Assembly (NCBI GenBank): GCA_020184695.1
Contig: JAANOX010000018.1
Location: forward strand, 216,560 to 280,559
Direction: 5' to 3'
Length of the DNA: 64,000 nucleotides
DNA from: Histomonas meleagridis 2922-C6/04-290x
Taxonomy: Eukaryota; Protista; Parabasalia
The translations under genes and the position numbers were made by a program. Under the pieces are notes generated by a model. The model was not told the DNA's origin. It saw nothing but the letters and a program-made list of their open reading frames with translations, and made no database searches. Position 1 is the stretch's first letter. Each line of letters opens with the position of its first letter. Below are positions 11,101 through 22,455 of the stretch, piece after piece.

Positions 11101-14100
11101 ATTAATACCTTTCGATATTAAATTCCGAGTAGAAAATATTAAACTACTTAAATCTTTATAATTTAATTCTAAGTTTAATTGGAAATCAAATTTAAAATCA
11201 TTTTGCATTACAATTCTTTGTGCAAAACTATGAATAGAATCAGGTTCAGAAATATTTTGTTTTTCATTTCGTTTAAAGAAAATAAATTTATGTAACTCTA
11301 AAATTAAATCTTCGGAATCTTCTTTAAATATGCTTACAGATAAAATTTCTTTTATAGTTTCTAATACATTAATTCCATTTAAATAACAAATTAAATAAAG
11401 TTCTTTTATACTATTAAATATATTTTCTTTTGATGTTAATATGATTTCTTCAATAGTTTGAATCCATTCCGTTGTGTTTTTATCACAAATAGATATTAAT
11501 ATTAACCAAGTGATCCAAAACTTACATTTATAACAATTCTTTCTTGATTCTTCATTAGAATCGAAACTTTTCTTTAAATGATCACAATATTTATGACGTG
11601 TATCTTCATTAGAAATGAAAATACAATAAGAAAAAATGGGTAAAAATTGTGGATATTCAATAACTTTATATGTATCGAAATCAAATGATTGACAAATATG
11701 TGGAAACTCATCATAATCAAAAGTTTTATATATATAATTCATTATATTAATTAAAGCTAAATCAGAATGTTCACTAATATTAAATAATCGAATAGTATTA
11801 ATTATTTCGATACTTAAATTGTCATCTTGAAGTATAGAATGTACATAATAAATACAATTCAATGAAATTAATCGTGAATTTTCACATCGTGAATTAATTC
11901 CCTCAATAAAAATAGTATAAAATCCAATTTCTTCTAAAAACTTAATTAAATGTGTTGAACGATTTGATATTAAATGGATAATTAATTCCATTGAATATAC
12001 AAATAATTCATCAGTCGAATTTAATTGGATTGCAGAACTAATTAATACTTTCGAATCTTCATCAGTGAATTTAGTTTCGGATAATAACATTAAAAAGTTC
12101 CAAAATTTCGCTAATATTTCTCCAGTAGCAGATTCAAATACTGAACAAAACATTATTAACATATCATGAAAAGATAAAACTTGTGTAAATAAATCAGGAT
12201 CATTTTGTAATAATCCAACAAATACATTCGAAAATAATAAAATTTGATTTTCTTGATCAATTTGTTTCCATAATAAAAAGTTACCAAAAATATATTTTAA
12301 CATTTCTCTTTTTAAGTTTTGATTTTTAACTATTCGATACATTGAATATAAAGTCTCAAAACAACATACATTTAAATATGTACTATTATTAGTAAACAAT
12401 AAATAACCTAAAGCTCTAAAGAAATGTTGATTTTCAAATTGACTTTCATTATTTTCTAAAATTTTTTGTGTTAACTCAATTAAACATGAGAAATATTCAG
12501 AGGAATTTGATCGGTCCGATATATTATCGAATAAAGGTAAAAATATTTGTGGACCACCAGAAACATGAATTGCATCGAAAAACGATGTTGAAAAAGGAAT
12601 TGTTATACCAGTAAACACAGTTTTAGTTAAAGAGTTATATTTAGTTGAAGAAGGAGATAAAGAAATCAAGAAATTATCTTCTTTAGAAGAAATATTAATA
12701 TAAGAAATGAAAGAATTAATTCCTTTGATTTTAAATGTTACTAATGAAGGATCGAAATAAAATTTATTATTAATAGTACCAGGGACGAAAGCAAATGTTT
12801 GAATATCATCATCAATACAAAAAGTAATTGTCGTCTTAAACATTTTTAATGTAAGTTTTAACCATTTTGAAGTTTGTAATTTAGTTGAAAGTTGAATTTG
12901 ACTTTCAGTATCATTTGTAAACAAAGATAAAATAACTTTATTTTGGAAAGAATATAATATAAGTCGTTGAGTTAATGAGAATATCTTAAAAATCGGTGAC
13001 ATTCCAACTTGTTGTTTCAAAAATAATATTTTCATTTCGATGATGAAATTATTTGGAATTTCAAACTTATCAATTCTAAACAAAGATTTTGATGTAAAAT
13101 GGAAAAATGAATTTGGATCCGAAGAATTTGTTTTAAATTTTATCATTTTTAAAAGTGATTTAAGAAGTTTTATTGATATATTATTTTGACTTTGAGAAAT
13201 TATTTTAAATGTATAAGTTAAATCTCTTAAACCAAAAAACGAAGCTCCGATTTGAGAAAATAAATCAAATACTAAATCATTTGGATTATCTTTTAAGAAA
13301 TCAAGTAAACCAGGAATTAAATTAGCTCTAAAACATTGATATCTATTTACAATTGAAGTTTGTGTCATTTTCTCAAGAAATTGGAAAATATTTTCTTGAT
13401 AACATTTAAATTTAACAAGATAAAATAATAATTGAATGCCTTCAATAACATATAATGATGAATCATATATCGAAAGTTTCTTAAGTAATTCTATTGTTTG
13501 ATTATCTATTTTAGTTTCATCAATTCCTTTTTTAAGATTAATTAAGAAATTGTTTTGTTGATTTGATATTTCATTTCGAATAACTGGTGAAAGTGAACAA
13601 TAAATAGCGAAGAAATGTATAATTTGATTTAGAAATGAATCATTTCCACTTTTAGAGAACTCATAAGGGATTTTACTAAATAAATCGATAAAACCTAATT
13701 TAATAAATGCATTAGTAACATTAATTTTATTCGTAGCTAATGATACTAATATCATTTCGATTAAACTTTGTATTAAATGTTGCCAATTTGGATCTTTACA
13801 ATTTTCGAAACTTATTTTTATTAATATTTTAAATTGCTTTAATAATAAAGTGATATCATTCATTTGGAAACCTTTTGTAATTATATCACTTGCGATTTCG
13901 AAAACATCTTTTTCAAATAATAACTCAGTTAAGAACTCGACTTGTTTATTATTTTTAAACAAAAAATCAAAACTATTTACATCTTGTGTAATTGAGTTAT
14001 AAAATATAACAATCATTTTTTTAGATTTTAACATTGCTATAGTTTCTTCATTTTCTAAATCTTTATTATTTAATAAATAACTTTTATAAGTTTTATAACA

Positions 14101-15693
14101 ATCAATTAACATATCAAGTATATTAGTATGAAACAAATTAGATAAAAATGAATCACTAACAGATAACATAAAGTTAAAATATTTCACAATATTAAATAAT
14201 GTAATTGGATGTTCAGGTCTTAAAAGGAAAGTAAAATGTTGAAGTAATTCACCTCCATCATCTTCACCAAAATTAAAGATAATAGAAAAAATTAAATCTT
14301 TTAGATTAACCAAATATTTACTACATTTATTTGTAAACACAAAATCATTAAATATTTTTGGTTGTATTAAAAATACCCATTGATGATTTTTATGCATTAA
14401 CTCAACAACTGTTTTAACGTCACAAGCAAATAACACAGCAACTAAAATATAAAAATAATATAATGATTCTTGTTGTGAAAATATTATAATGATTTCTTCT
14501 AAAATTGATTCGTTCTCTGAACATATCGATGATAAAATTGTATAAATACTTGCCAAAATTGGATAACTTTGGAAATAAATCGGAGCAACAGAATTTAATT
14601 GATATGTTGTATCTTTTAACTCAAAGTTATCTTCTGCAAAAACATATTTTTGATAAATATCAAGATATTCATCAAGTTTTAATGTGGTTTCAATGTTTAC
14701 TGGTTCAATATCAGGATGAAATTCAAGTTGTGAACTCCATTGGATAAAGATCATTATACTTGGAATAATATTCATCATTCGTGGCTTAAAATGTGATATT
14801 GTTTGTATAAGTTTCATTAAATTAATACCTAAATTTAAATATGTGTTTGATGCTTCTTTTGAAGTGATTCGCTCAAATACATTTTTGGATATATTAATAA
14901 GACTTGAAAATGTTTGATCATCAAAAAAGCTTAAAATATCATTGTTGCTCTGAATAAACTGACTAAATTCACCAAATTTATCATCATAACATTGGAAACA
15001 TTCGAAGTTTTTGATGATGAATGTTAGTATCGGCTTTATTTCTTCACTTCTAATTTTTGTATTTTTGATAAAGTCTAAGAGCAAAAAAAATAGTATCATG
15101 ATAAGATTAGAAAGAGACGTCTTTTGTTTCATATATTTAGTTAATGTTGTTAATAATGGTTGTAATAAATATAACATGTCAATTAAATATTTGGGACTTG
15201 TATGAAGTAAAGCTTGGATAATTGAAACATCATTGATATAAGTTTTAGGAAAAAATGTTGAAAAATTGTTTTCTAGAATATTTGGAAGTTGGGAATGAAG
15301 TTGATAATCCCAAGCAATATAAGCTCGAAACAAATGTGGGGAAGCATAATCGGCAATGTTAGTTAAAGAAATTTCATCAAAATGTGAATTGAGCAAAAGT
15401 TTAGAAAATTTGAAATAATGTGAAGAAATTGGTGAATCAAGATGAAATAAAACTAAAAGAGATTCCTTTGGATTGGATTCAATGGAATCTGATTCAGCTA
15501 ATATTGCTTTTGTTTTTACATCAGGAAAATTAAAATTAGAATAATGTGCTTGTAATTGTGAATCTTTTGGAACATTTGTTATTTTTTGTCCTGTTTCTGA
15601 TGTAAAATACTTTATCCATATGTTGTACTCCCTTTCTTCTAATTTAAATTTTTTAAATATCCGGAATTTTGCTTTTAAACCCTTCAGAGACAT
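8167..15693 (-). CDS. Beige/BEACH domain protein (PH-BEACH-WD40)
   Basis: BEACH signatures [40 protein letters not shown] and [11 protein letters not shown]; WD40 repeat [14 protein letters not shown]; 2508 aa. Confidence 0.95.
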   Translation of the reverse strand: [2508 protein letters not shown]

Positions 15694-16054
15694 TTTTGTG
15701 GGTTTAAATTAAAACGGTTTTGACTCGCGGTTATTGATACAAAAAAAGCGGTTGTCCATAGAACATTGCGCAGTGTTTTTATTTTATATATTAAAAAAAT
15801 AAATTTTCCTGTATACTTTATTTAATTAAACACAAAAGACATCAATTTGTTCGTATATATTAAATCAAAATTTATATTTTTTACTTCGACAAAAATAACT
15901 CTTTGAATCTGTACTCGGTGGAAATGTTCATCAAATCGATCTTTATTGTTAGAATCAGAAAGAGTATCAAAAACGTTTGGATTCGCTTTTAATTTCCAAA
16001 GTCATTTAGCTTAAAAAAGTCAGAAGAAAAAAATTAATTAATTTTATTGAATAT

Positions 16055-17071
16055 TTATGAAATTAAACTGACATCAAGCATTCCATCAACACTGGATGCA
16101 AGTGCTTTGTATAATGGTAATGAATTCGTGAAATAAAGAATTGCAAATATCGACATTGCAAGAAATGAGAAACCAGCTATAGCTGCGAAGAAAACACCAT
16201 AGAAGTTATTCTTACCACCAAACCATTGTAATGTCGCAATGATTAATACCTTTGTTCCTCCGAATGAGCTGACGTCAAAATTGTTCTGAATTTCGACGGT
16301 TATTGTATTTCCTGCAATTTTTGTGTCTTCGCTGTAGATTCCCCAAAGCTTACGGAACTTAGAGAAAGGTGCTGTTTGGACCCAGTTAACGAAGTGTTCA
16401 TTTGTTTGATTTCCAGGGAATAATGTTTCATCAAGCCATTGATTAGCTAGAGCATATTCTGAACTTGGATGCTTAAAAATGCTCCTAAGGCCACTGGAAG
16501 CAATACCAGATTCACTGAGAGGTTTGGTAAAGCCTGTGATGGCAAATGTATCATTGAAAACAGACATTGGAAGAGTACCACATGGAACATATGCACCAGT
16601 TGTGAAGTTTGTTCCATTTTGAATCATAGGCGAACATGAGCTAAGTTGCGTTTTATCAGGTGCTTTACCTTGAAGTTGATCCCAATTAATTGAATCAGAA
16701 TACATGAAGTTGTTTTGATAAAAATTAGTTAGTTGATAATAAACATAGAAAGGACCTATACTTCCCATATCCTTTTCGGTTAAGTTAATTGTTAGTTGAC
16801 ATTTTGGTGTAGTACAATTAGTATAATCGAATTCTTTTTCGAAAATTTCATTATTATTAACGAAGAAAGCGATACAAAAAGCTAAGGATACCAAGAAAAA
16901 TGCCAAGTAAACGAAAGAAGCGGACAAAGGAGTCAAAAATGGACGACAAGCTGGAAGTCTTTGTTGCCTGAATTTACTTTGCGAATTTGGGATAGTTGCC
17001 ACCACCTGCGGCTGGTTCATCTCTTCTTCGTAATTCTCTGTTAATGTGTTGAACTCGAGTCCAGACTCCAT
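16055..17071 (-). CDS. CDC50: CDC50/LEM3 family P4-ATPase (flippase) beta subunit
   Basis: FRQQRLPACRPFLTP, YYQLTNFYQN, NEHFVNWVQTAPFSKFRKLWG and WFGGKN motifs; two TM helices; track start is TTG, first ATG at 17071. Confidence 0.92.
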   Translation of the reverse strand: MESGLEFNTLTENYEEEMNQPQVVATIPNSQSKFRQQRLPACRPFLTPLSASFVYLAFFLVSLAFCIAFFVNNNEIFEKEFDYTNCTTPKCQLTINLTEKDMGSIGPFYVYYQLTNFYQNNFMYSDSINWDQLQGKAPDKTQLSSCSPMIQNGTNFTTGAYVPCGTLPMSVFNDTFAITGFTKPLSESGIASSGLRSIFKHPSSEYALANQWLDETLFPGNQTNEHFVNWVQTAPFSKFRKLWGIYSEDTKIAGNTITVEIQNNFDVSSFGGTKVLIIATLQWFGGKNNFYGVFFAAIAGFSFLAMSIFAILYFTNSLPLYKALASSVDGMLDVSLIS

Positions 17072-17190
17072 CTCAGTCTTGGAGAGGTTATTTGCCGTTC
17101 GAGTGTTGAAATGTTTACACCGGCTTTTTGAGTGGTACAAAAAATCATTAAAAACATTTTTTAAGGTTTATTTTACAAAATATTTTTTTT

Positions 17191-19695
17191 TTATGCCCAT
17201 TTATCTGTAATTCTCTTATCATATTTCTGACAATTTTGTAACAGCATTAAAACGGCTGACGGGAATATACCGATTGTTGATATTTCATCTCTGTTAAATA
17301 ATGAATCGAAAAAACCTCTTTGTATTACGAAATGTTGTAAGAACTTATTAATGGAATAAATATGTTTCAACTTTGAGCATGCCAAAACCCAAACTAAACA
17401 ATCGTCTTGTTTTAAGTCTTTTGAGTTTTCACATAAAGTTGAAACGGTATTAATCATTTCGATTACATAATGTACCATTATCGATATGCCAGAATTCGAT
17501 TTAATATGTCCTAATAAATCACGCGCACGTTCTAAGTATCGAAGTTTAAAGAAGAAAGACGACGCTTGTCTTTGTTCGATTTCTTTAATTATTTCATCCG
17601 AATGTTGTTCTAAGATTTTGTTTAAGATGATCGAACGTTTCCAATAATTATTCGATGATTTAGCAATGTTAAAACGTCGAAATGTAATATGATCAGTTAA
17701 TCGATAATATAATATTCGACATATTTGTGATATATATTGTTCTTGGACATAAAATTCTTTTAAAGTTTTACTTGCAACTGATATAATTTTCTTGGCTTGC
17801 GTATCAAGAACTTTAATATCGCCAATGAATTCATGACTTCGAAACATTGCAACTTTAAAGTTTTCACGCATTGTATCGTTAATAAATATTTCGGTGATTT
17901 GTAATAACAAATGACTTTGTACATTTTTACGGATTTCTTGGACAATGTTTAAAGCATTTAACATTTTATTATATTGTGTTTGTAATGATGAATTTCGATC
18001 AGTTGCTTTTAATAATAATTTCGATCGATTTTCAGCAATGATATTAATTCGATTAATTAATTCATTATAGTCTTTAATGTTATTAATCGCATATGATATA
18101 ACTGATGACGCTTGAAGGATATCTTTATCTTCAAAGAATAATGGAATGATTTTCGATAATAAGATAAACAAATCTTTAATACTTTTGATTTTAACTGAAC
18201 TTAATAATGTTTCGAATTGTGGAAATTCAGTAATGATATTACATAATTGTTCGACATATGGATCATTTGATTTCTCTGTTTTGTTATTAAATACTTTTGT
18301 GGAGAATAATGACATGAATTCCATATTCTTCGCTGCATCAGTTACTTCTTTTTGTCGTAATATTACTATCTTAAAATGTTCAAATGCATATTGATTCTTC
18401 TCTGGTACTGTTTGTATTTGTTCTAATGCTTTATCAAGTTCCGGGAATTTATTCTTCGGTATACATAACGCTGCTTTATGTAATAATAATACATCAGTAC
18501 CTTTAATTAATATTTCTTTTGGAAAGTTCGGATTAATACTTAATAATTCCGTCTCTTGAATCATTGGTATTAATTCGATATTAATTGAACATATCTTATT
18601 AATTATTTTATCTAAATCAACTTTGTCATAATCATCAAATACTTTAAGAATTTTCTCTTTAAAGATAATCGATGGTGATTTAGAATATTTTGTTCGAAAG
18701 ATATCCGCAATGTCTTTAGATGGCATCCAATCTTTATGCGATGGATGCCATGGCTGTAATCCTAATACTTCAGGATTATCTAATGCTTCATTAATGAAAC
18801 ATTCGAAAAATAATAATTGGATATTAACATTAAGTTTCTTTAAATGACGCATTAAACGAAAGACGCCGCGTGGTAATAACTCTAAACAATCATATAATAC
18901 ATTAAGAACTTGTATCGCATACTCAAGAATTTGACTCCAATAATCAAATGGAGCAACACTTCCCGTTGATGGAATGGTTTGGAATGTGTTTTTGATGTTG
19001 CAAAGTTGTGATAATGAATAAAGTTTCACTATAATTGGCTCTAATGTTTGTAAATATGAAAACGATGAACCATTAAATAAATATGTGCGGAAAAATGTGG
19101 CAAATGGTTCATATTCCTCTGTGCTGGCTTTCACTTGTGGCATCTTTAAGCGAGTTTTTTGGGGAATTTTAAATTCTTTGTAATGGATTTTGTTTCGAAA
19201 TTGTAAATTTGAAATTTGCTTTAAAACTTTATATAATAATTCATCTTCACACTTGCACCAGCCTTGTTGGAAAATGGTAAGTAAAAGAGAACTTGAAAGA
19301 TTCTTAAGTTTGGTTGGTTCATGAAAACAATATTCATAGAGAATTTCTGCAAATATTTTGGGATTACGATGAAGCATTGACGCAAGATTAGAATAATAGT
19401 TAAGAACATTGAAACTAACAAAGTTTGGACAATACTCAAGTTTGGAAAATTTTAAACCTTGAAAAGATTGTGATTGTAATATTTTTTGGATTGATCCACT
19501 CGCCTCTTCTGATTGACTAATTTTCATACGTACAAGTGAGAGAAGTCGAAGTTCACAAATGAAATCATTTGAATACTTGATTAATCCAGTTGTTAATTCT
19601 TCTTGCTTTTTAGTTTGAGGATCGAGCTGAACTGCAATTGAAAATAAGTTGTTTTGAGTTTTAGATAGGCTTTCCAAAAGGAGTTCTTCGCTCAT
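17191..19695 (-). CDS. Large hypothetical protein, possibly with RasGAP-like and VPS9-like domains (GAPVD1-like)
   Basis: Intact ORF of about 834 aa from ATG 19695; LFFECFINEALDNPE and QDDCLVWVLACSKL weakly resemble these domains; domain call is tentative. Confidence 0.6.
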   Translation of the reverse strand: MSEELLLESLSKTQNNLFSIAVQLDPQTKKQEELTTGLIKYSNDFICELRLLSLVRMKISQSEEASGSIQKILQSQSFQGLKFSKLEYCPNFVSFNVLNYYSNLASMLHRNPKIFAEILYEYCFHEPTKLKNLSSSLLLTIFQQGWCKCEDELLYKVLKQISNLQFRNKIHYKEFKIPQKTRLKMPQVKASTEEYEPFATFFRTYLFNGSSFSYLQTLEPIIVKLYSLSQLCNIKNTFQTIPSTGSVAPFDYWSQILEYAIQVLNVLYDCLELLPRGVFRLMRHLKKLNVNIQLLFFECFINEALDNPEVLGLQPWHPSHKDWMPSKDIADIFRTKYSKSPSIIFKEKILKVFDDYDKVDLDKIINKICSINIELIPMIQETELLSINPNFPKEILIKGTDVLLLHKAALCIPKNKFPELDKALEQIQTVPEKNQYAFEHFKIVILRQKEVTDAAKNMEFMSLFSTKVFNNKTEKSNDPYVEQLCNIITEFPQFETLLSSVKIKSIKDLFILLSKIIPLFFEDKDILQASSVISYAINNIKDYNELINRINIIAENRSKLLLKATDRNSSLQTQYNKMLNALNIVQEIRKNVQSHLLLQITEIFINDTMRENFKVAMFRSHEFIGDIKVLDTQAKKIISVASKTLKEFYVQEQYISQICRILYYRLTDHITFRRFNIAKSSNNYWKRSIILNKILEQHSDEIIKEIEQRQASSFFFKLRYLERARDLLGHIKSNSGISIMVHYVIEMINTVSTLCENSKDLKQDDCLVWVLACSKLKHIYSINKFLQHFVIQRGFFDSLFNRDEISTIGIFPSAVLMLLQNCQKYDKRITDKWA

Positions 19696-20141
19696 CCTTG
19701 AAAAGTTATTTTTGTACTTTTTCTGCACTTTATATTTCTTTTGAGAACTTTATATCGCTGGTGACACGTTCAAAATGTCATTTTTCCAAAAAATCAAAAA
19801 TTAGATCAAATTTAGAACGCAAAAAATTTAATCATAATTCAAGAAAACTACAAACATAAACTGTAAACAACGAAAAAAATTAAAGAAAAACATTTTTTCT
19901 AAAAAAATAAAAACATAAATCTTCTGTTAATTAATCATAGATTAAAAAGAAATATGAAAAGATAACTAATGTAAGAATCACAGTATATGTTAACAAATAC
20001 ATTTTTTCTAAAAAAAATTAATTTGAAAATTTGAAAATAATTTTTAAATCTTAAAATTAAATTAATGAAAATTTACAAAGTCTTATTGTTTAGTTGAAAA
20101 AACTATGTAAAAATGATAACGTTTCTTTAGTTGAGAAATAC

Positions 20142-20744
20142 TTACCAACCATATGAAAGCGGAGTATTGATTGTGTTTTCACTGCCGCTGAAGTCATCAC
20201 TCCTCTTACGGCAGACATGACAAAATGCTACGATGATACCAATTAACAATAAGAAGAAAATACCAAGCAAGCATCCACCAATAGCTTTCCTTGCAACACC
20301 GAAAGAAGAATCGAAAACACTTTGGCATGTGTTATTTGAGGTATTTGAGTTCCAAGTATAGCAGTTAAATGTCTTTTCAAATGAAGATCTGAAATCAGGA
20401 TTGGATTGGAACTCGCGAGAAATTACTTCTGAGATGGCACCACCAAGAGCTAAAATGACAATAGCCATAATCAATACGAAAATTGCGTATACAATGTAGA
20501 TAATTGAAAGAATGCATTTGACGCATCTATTTTTTGAGAATGAAGCATAAATTCCGAAGATGAAAACAACGATTGAGATTACTAAAGCAATGATAAGACC
20601 TGTTTTCAAAGATGCTGAATATCCTTCAAAGTTCTTATTAACAGCGTATAAAGCAATAGAAAACAACGCAACAGTAGCGCCAACTGTTATGAGCGTTAAC
20701 AGCGTGAAGCCAATGCCTCCAACAAACTTTCCGCACTTGCCCAT
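20142..20744 (-). CDS. Tetraspanin-like four-TM protein
   Basis: Three N-terminal TM helices, a Cys-containing large loop (FNC...TCQ), a fourth TM helix and a short tail. Confidence 0.8.
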   Translation of the reverse strand: MGKCGKFVGGIGFTLLTLITVGATVALFSIALYAVNKNFEGYSASLKTGLIIALVISIVVFIFGIYASFSKNRCVKCILSIIYIVYAIFVLIMAIVILALGGAISEVISREFQSNPDFRSSFEKTFNCYTWNSNTSNNTCQSVFDSSFGVARKAIGGCLLGIFFLLLIGIIVAFCHVCRKRSDDFSGSENTINTPLSYGW

Positions 20745-21109
20745 TTTCAATCTGAGCCGACGGCAATTAACCGTCGGGTCAAATCTCGTTTGACACCTGA
20801 AATTGAATGGTAAACGATATTAGCTTGTATTTTCTGTCAAACCGGATTTTTACATCCGCCGAAGAAAAACCGATAAAAAATATTTTTTTCATCTTCAGAA
20901 CATATTTATCAATAAATTTCAGAGTCAACAAAACACTAAAAGTATTTATCAATTATTTTTTTTTAATCATTAAACAATATTCTCAATGGAAATTGATTTT
21001 TTTTGAAGTAATTTTAGACGAATTTGACAATGGTTAAACAACTCAACTTTTTGATTAAAAAATTCGAATTTATACTCAAAATTGAAATGATACGATCACA
21101 ATTTGTTTA

Positions 21110-22453
21110 TTACAAGAATGCAATACCATCCAAAGATTCCCCATCCTTATTAATCAATCTCGGCACCACATTGAAGAAAATCGGTGGTGCAGGCAATGAA
21201 TCTGTCAAATGTGCGAAGCATATGTCATAACATTGTCTTTTATGTTCGGCCTTAATTATCATATATCTTAAAATGATATTTCTCTCACCACTTAACTGAT
21301 ATGCCACTAAGCATTGATAGAAGTCAGCAGTACCTTTTTGTAATTGAAATGCGCCATGATCAAATCTATGTAACATCACAGCTCTACTTCTTAAAGCCAT
21401 TTGTACCAAAGGCCTTAAGTTATGTGTTAAGAACGTAATCTTAAAAGAGCCGACTGGAGTTGTGAATGTAAAATCGGATTTTTTGGTCATTTGTTTAGCA
21501 TTTACAAGTATCAAAGGTATGACAAATGATTCTTTTCCAGTATAAATTGCCATATATTCATCAAATATTATAACCTTCACTTGGTCTCTGTTTTTAAATG
21601 GTATTGATCGAGAGATAGCAAACTTTGGTCCGAAGAATGTTTTCAAATCTATGAAAAATTGCGGCCTAAAGATAAACAAAGGCTCTCTTTGTATTTCATC
21701 AATTTTTCCTAAGCAATGGACAATACTATAACCAATTGATTCTTCCATTGAAGAAACAAATTCTTTATCTTTTTGTGCAGATATAACTTTTAGATATTGT
21801 TTTGTCTTATTACATTGTACTTGTAACTTATCTTTTAAGATGTGGTTAAACAATGGCTTATTATCGACAACTATTAAATGTTCTTCAATTAATGAGATGA
21901 TTTTAAATGTTGTATCAATCCAAATTAAAGGATAAGAAAAGAAGTCAATGAACTTTTCTTTATGAGTTTGCTTTATAATTTCTTCAAAGATATCGATTTG
22001 TGTTGTCGCATATAATGATGAATAAGAATCGATATCAATTGTTGTTAATATGTACAACAAATGATGTAATGACTTACTAAAGTAATATGGATAAGTTGAT
22101 GAGTTCCTTCGTTGTAATATTTGATAAGATATAAATAATAATTTATCATAAAGTGATAAAAGCTTTGTTACAACTCCAGTAATTTTTTTGTTCTTAGAGA
22201 AGTGGATATTAATCTTCGTTAATGAACTCGAGAAGTTTTTCATCAATTCATGGTTCTGCTTTATGTACTTGATGAAATAGCGGCCGATCAGCTGACGCTT
22301 CCAATAATGATAGAGAAAACTTTGACATTCTTCATCAGTCGACAAAAGAAACGGCTGATCGTTTGCGTGAATTTTAGAGAGTTTAAATGAATTGTCAAAT
22401 AATAACAAACACATATCAATGTCATTCTTAATAGCAGCGTAATGTATTGGTAA
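21110..22453 (-). pseudogene. 3' part of the mariner-disrupted ankyrin-repeat gene
   Basis: LPIHYAAIKNDID (22453-22415) is in frame with the 434-aa ORF from ATG 22414 and completes the ankyrin repeat cut at 23768. Confidence 0.88.
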
Positions 22454-22455
22454 TA

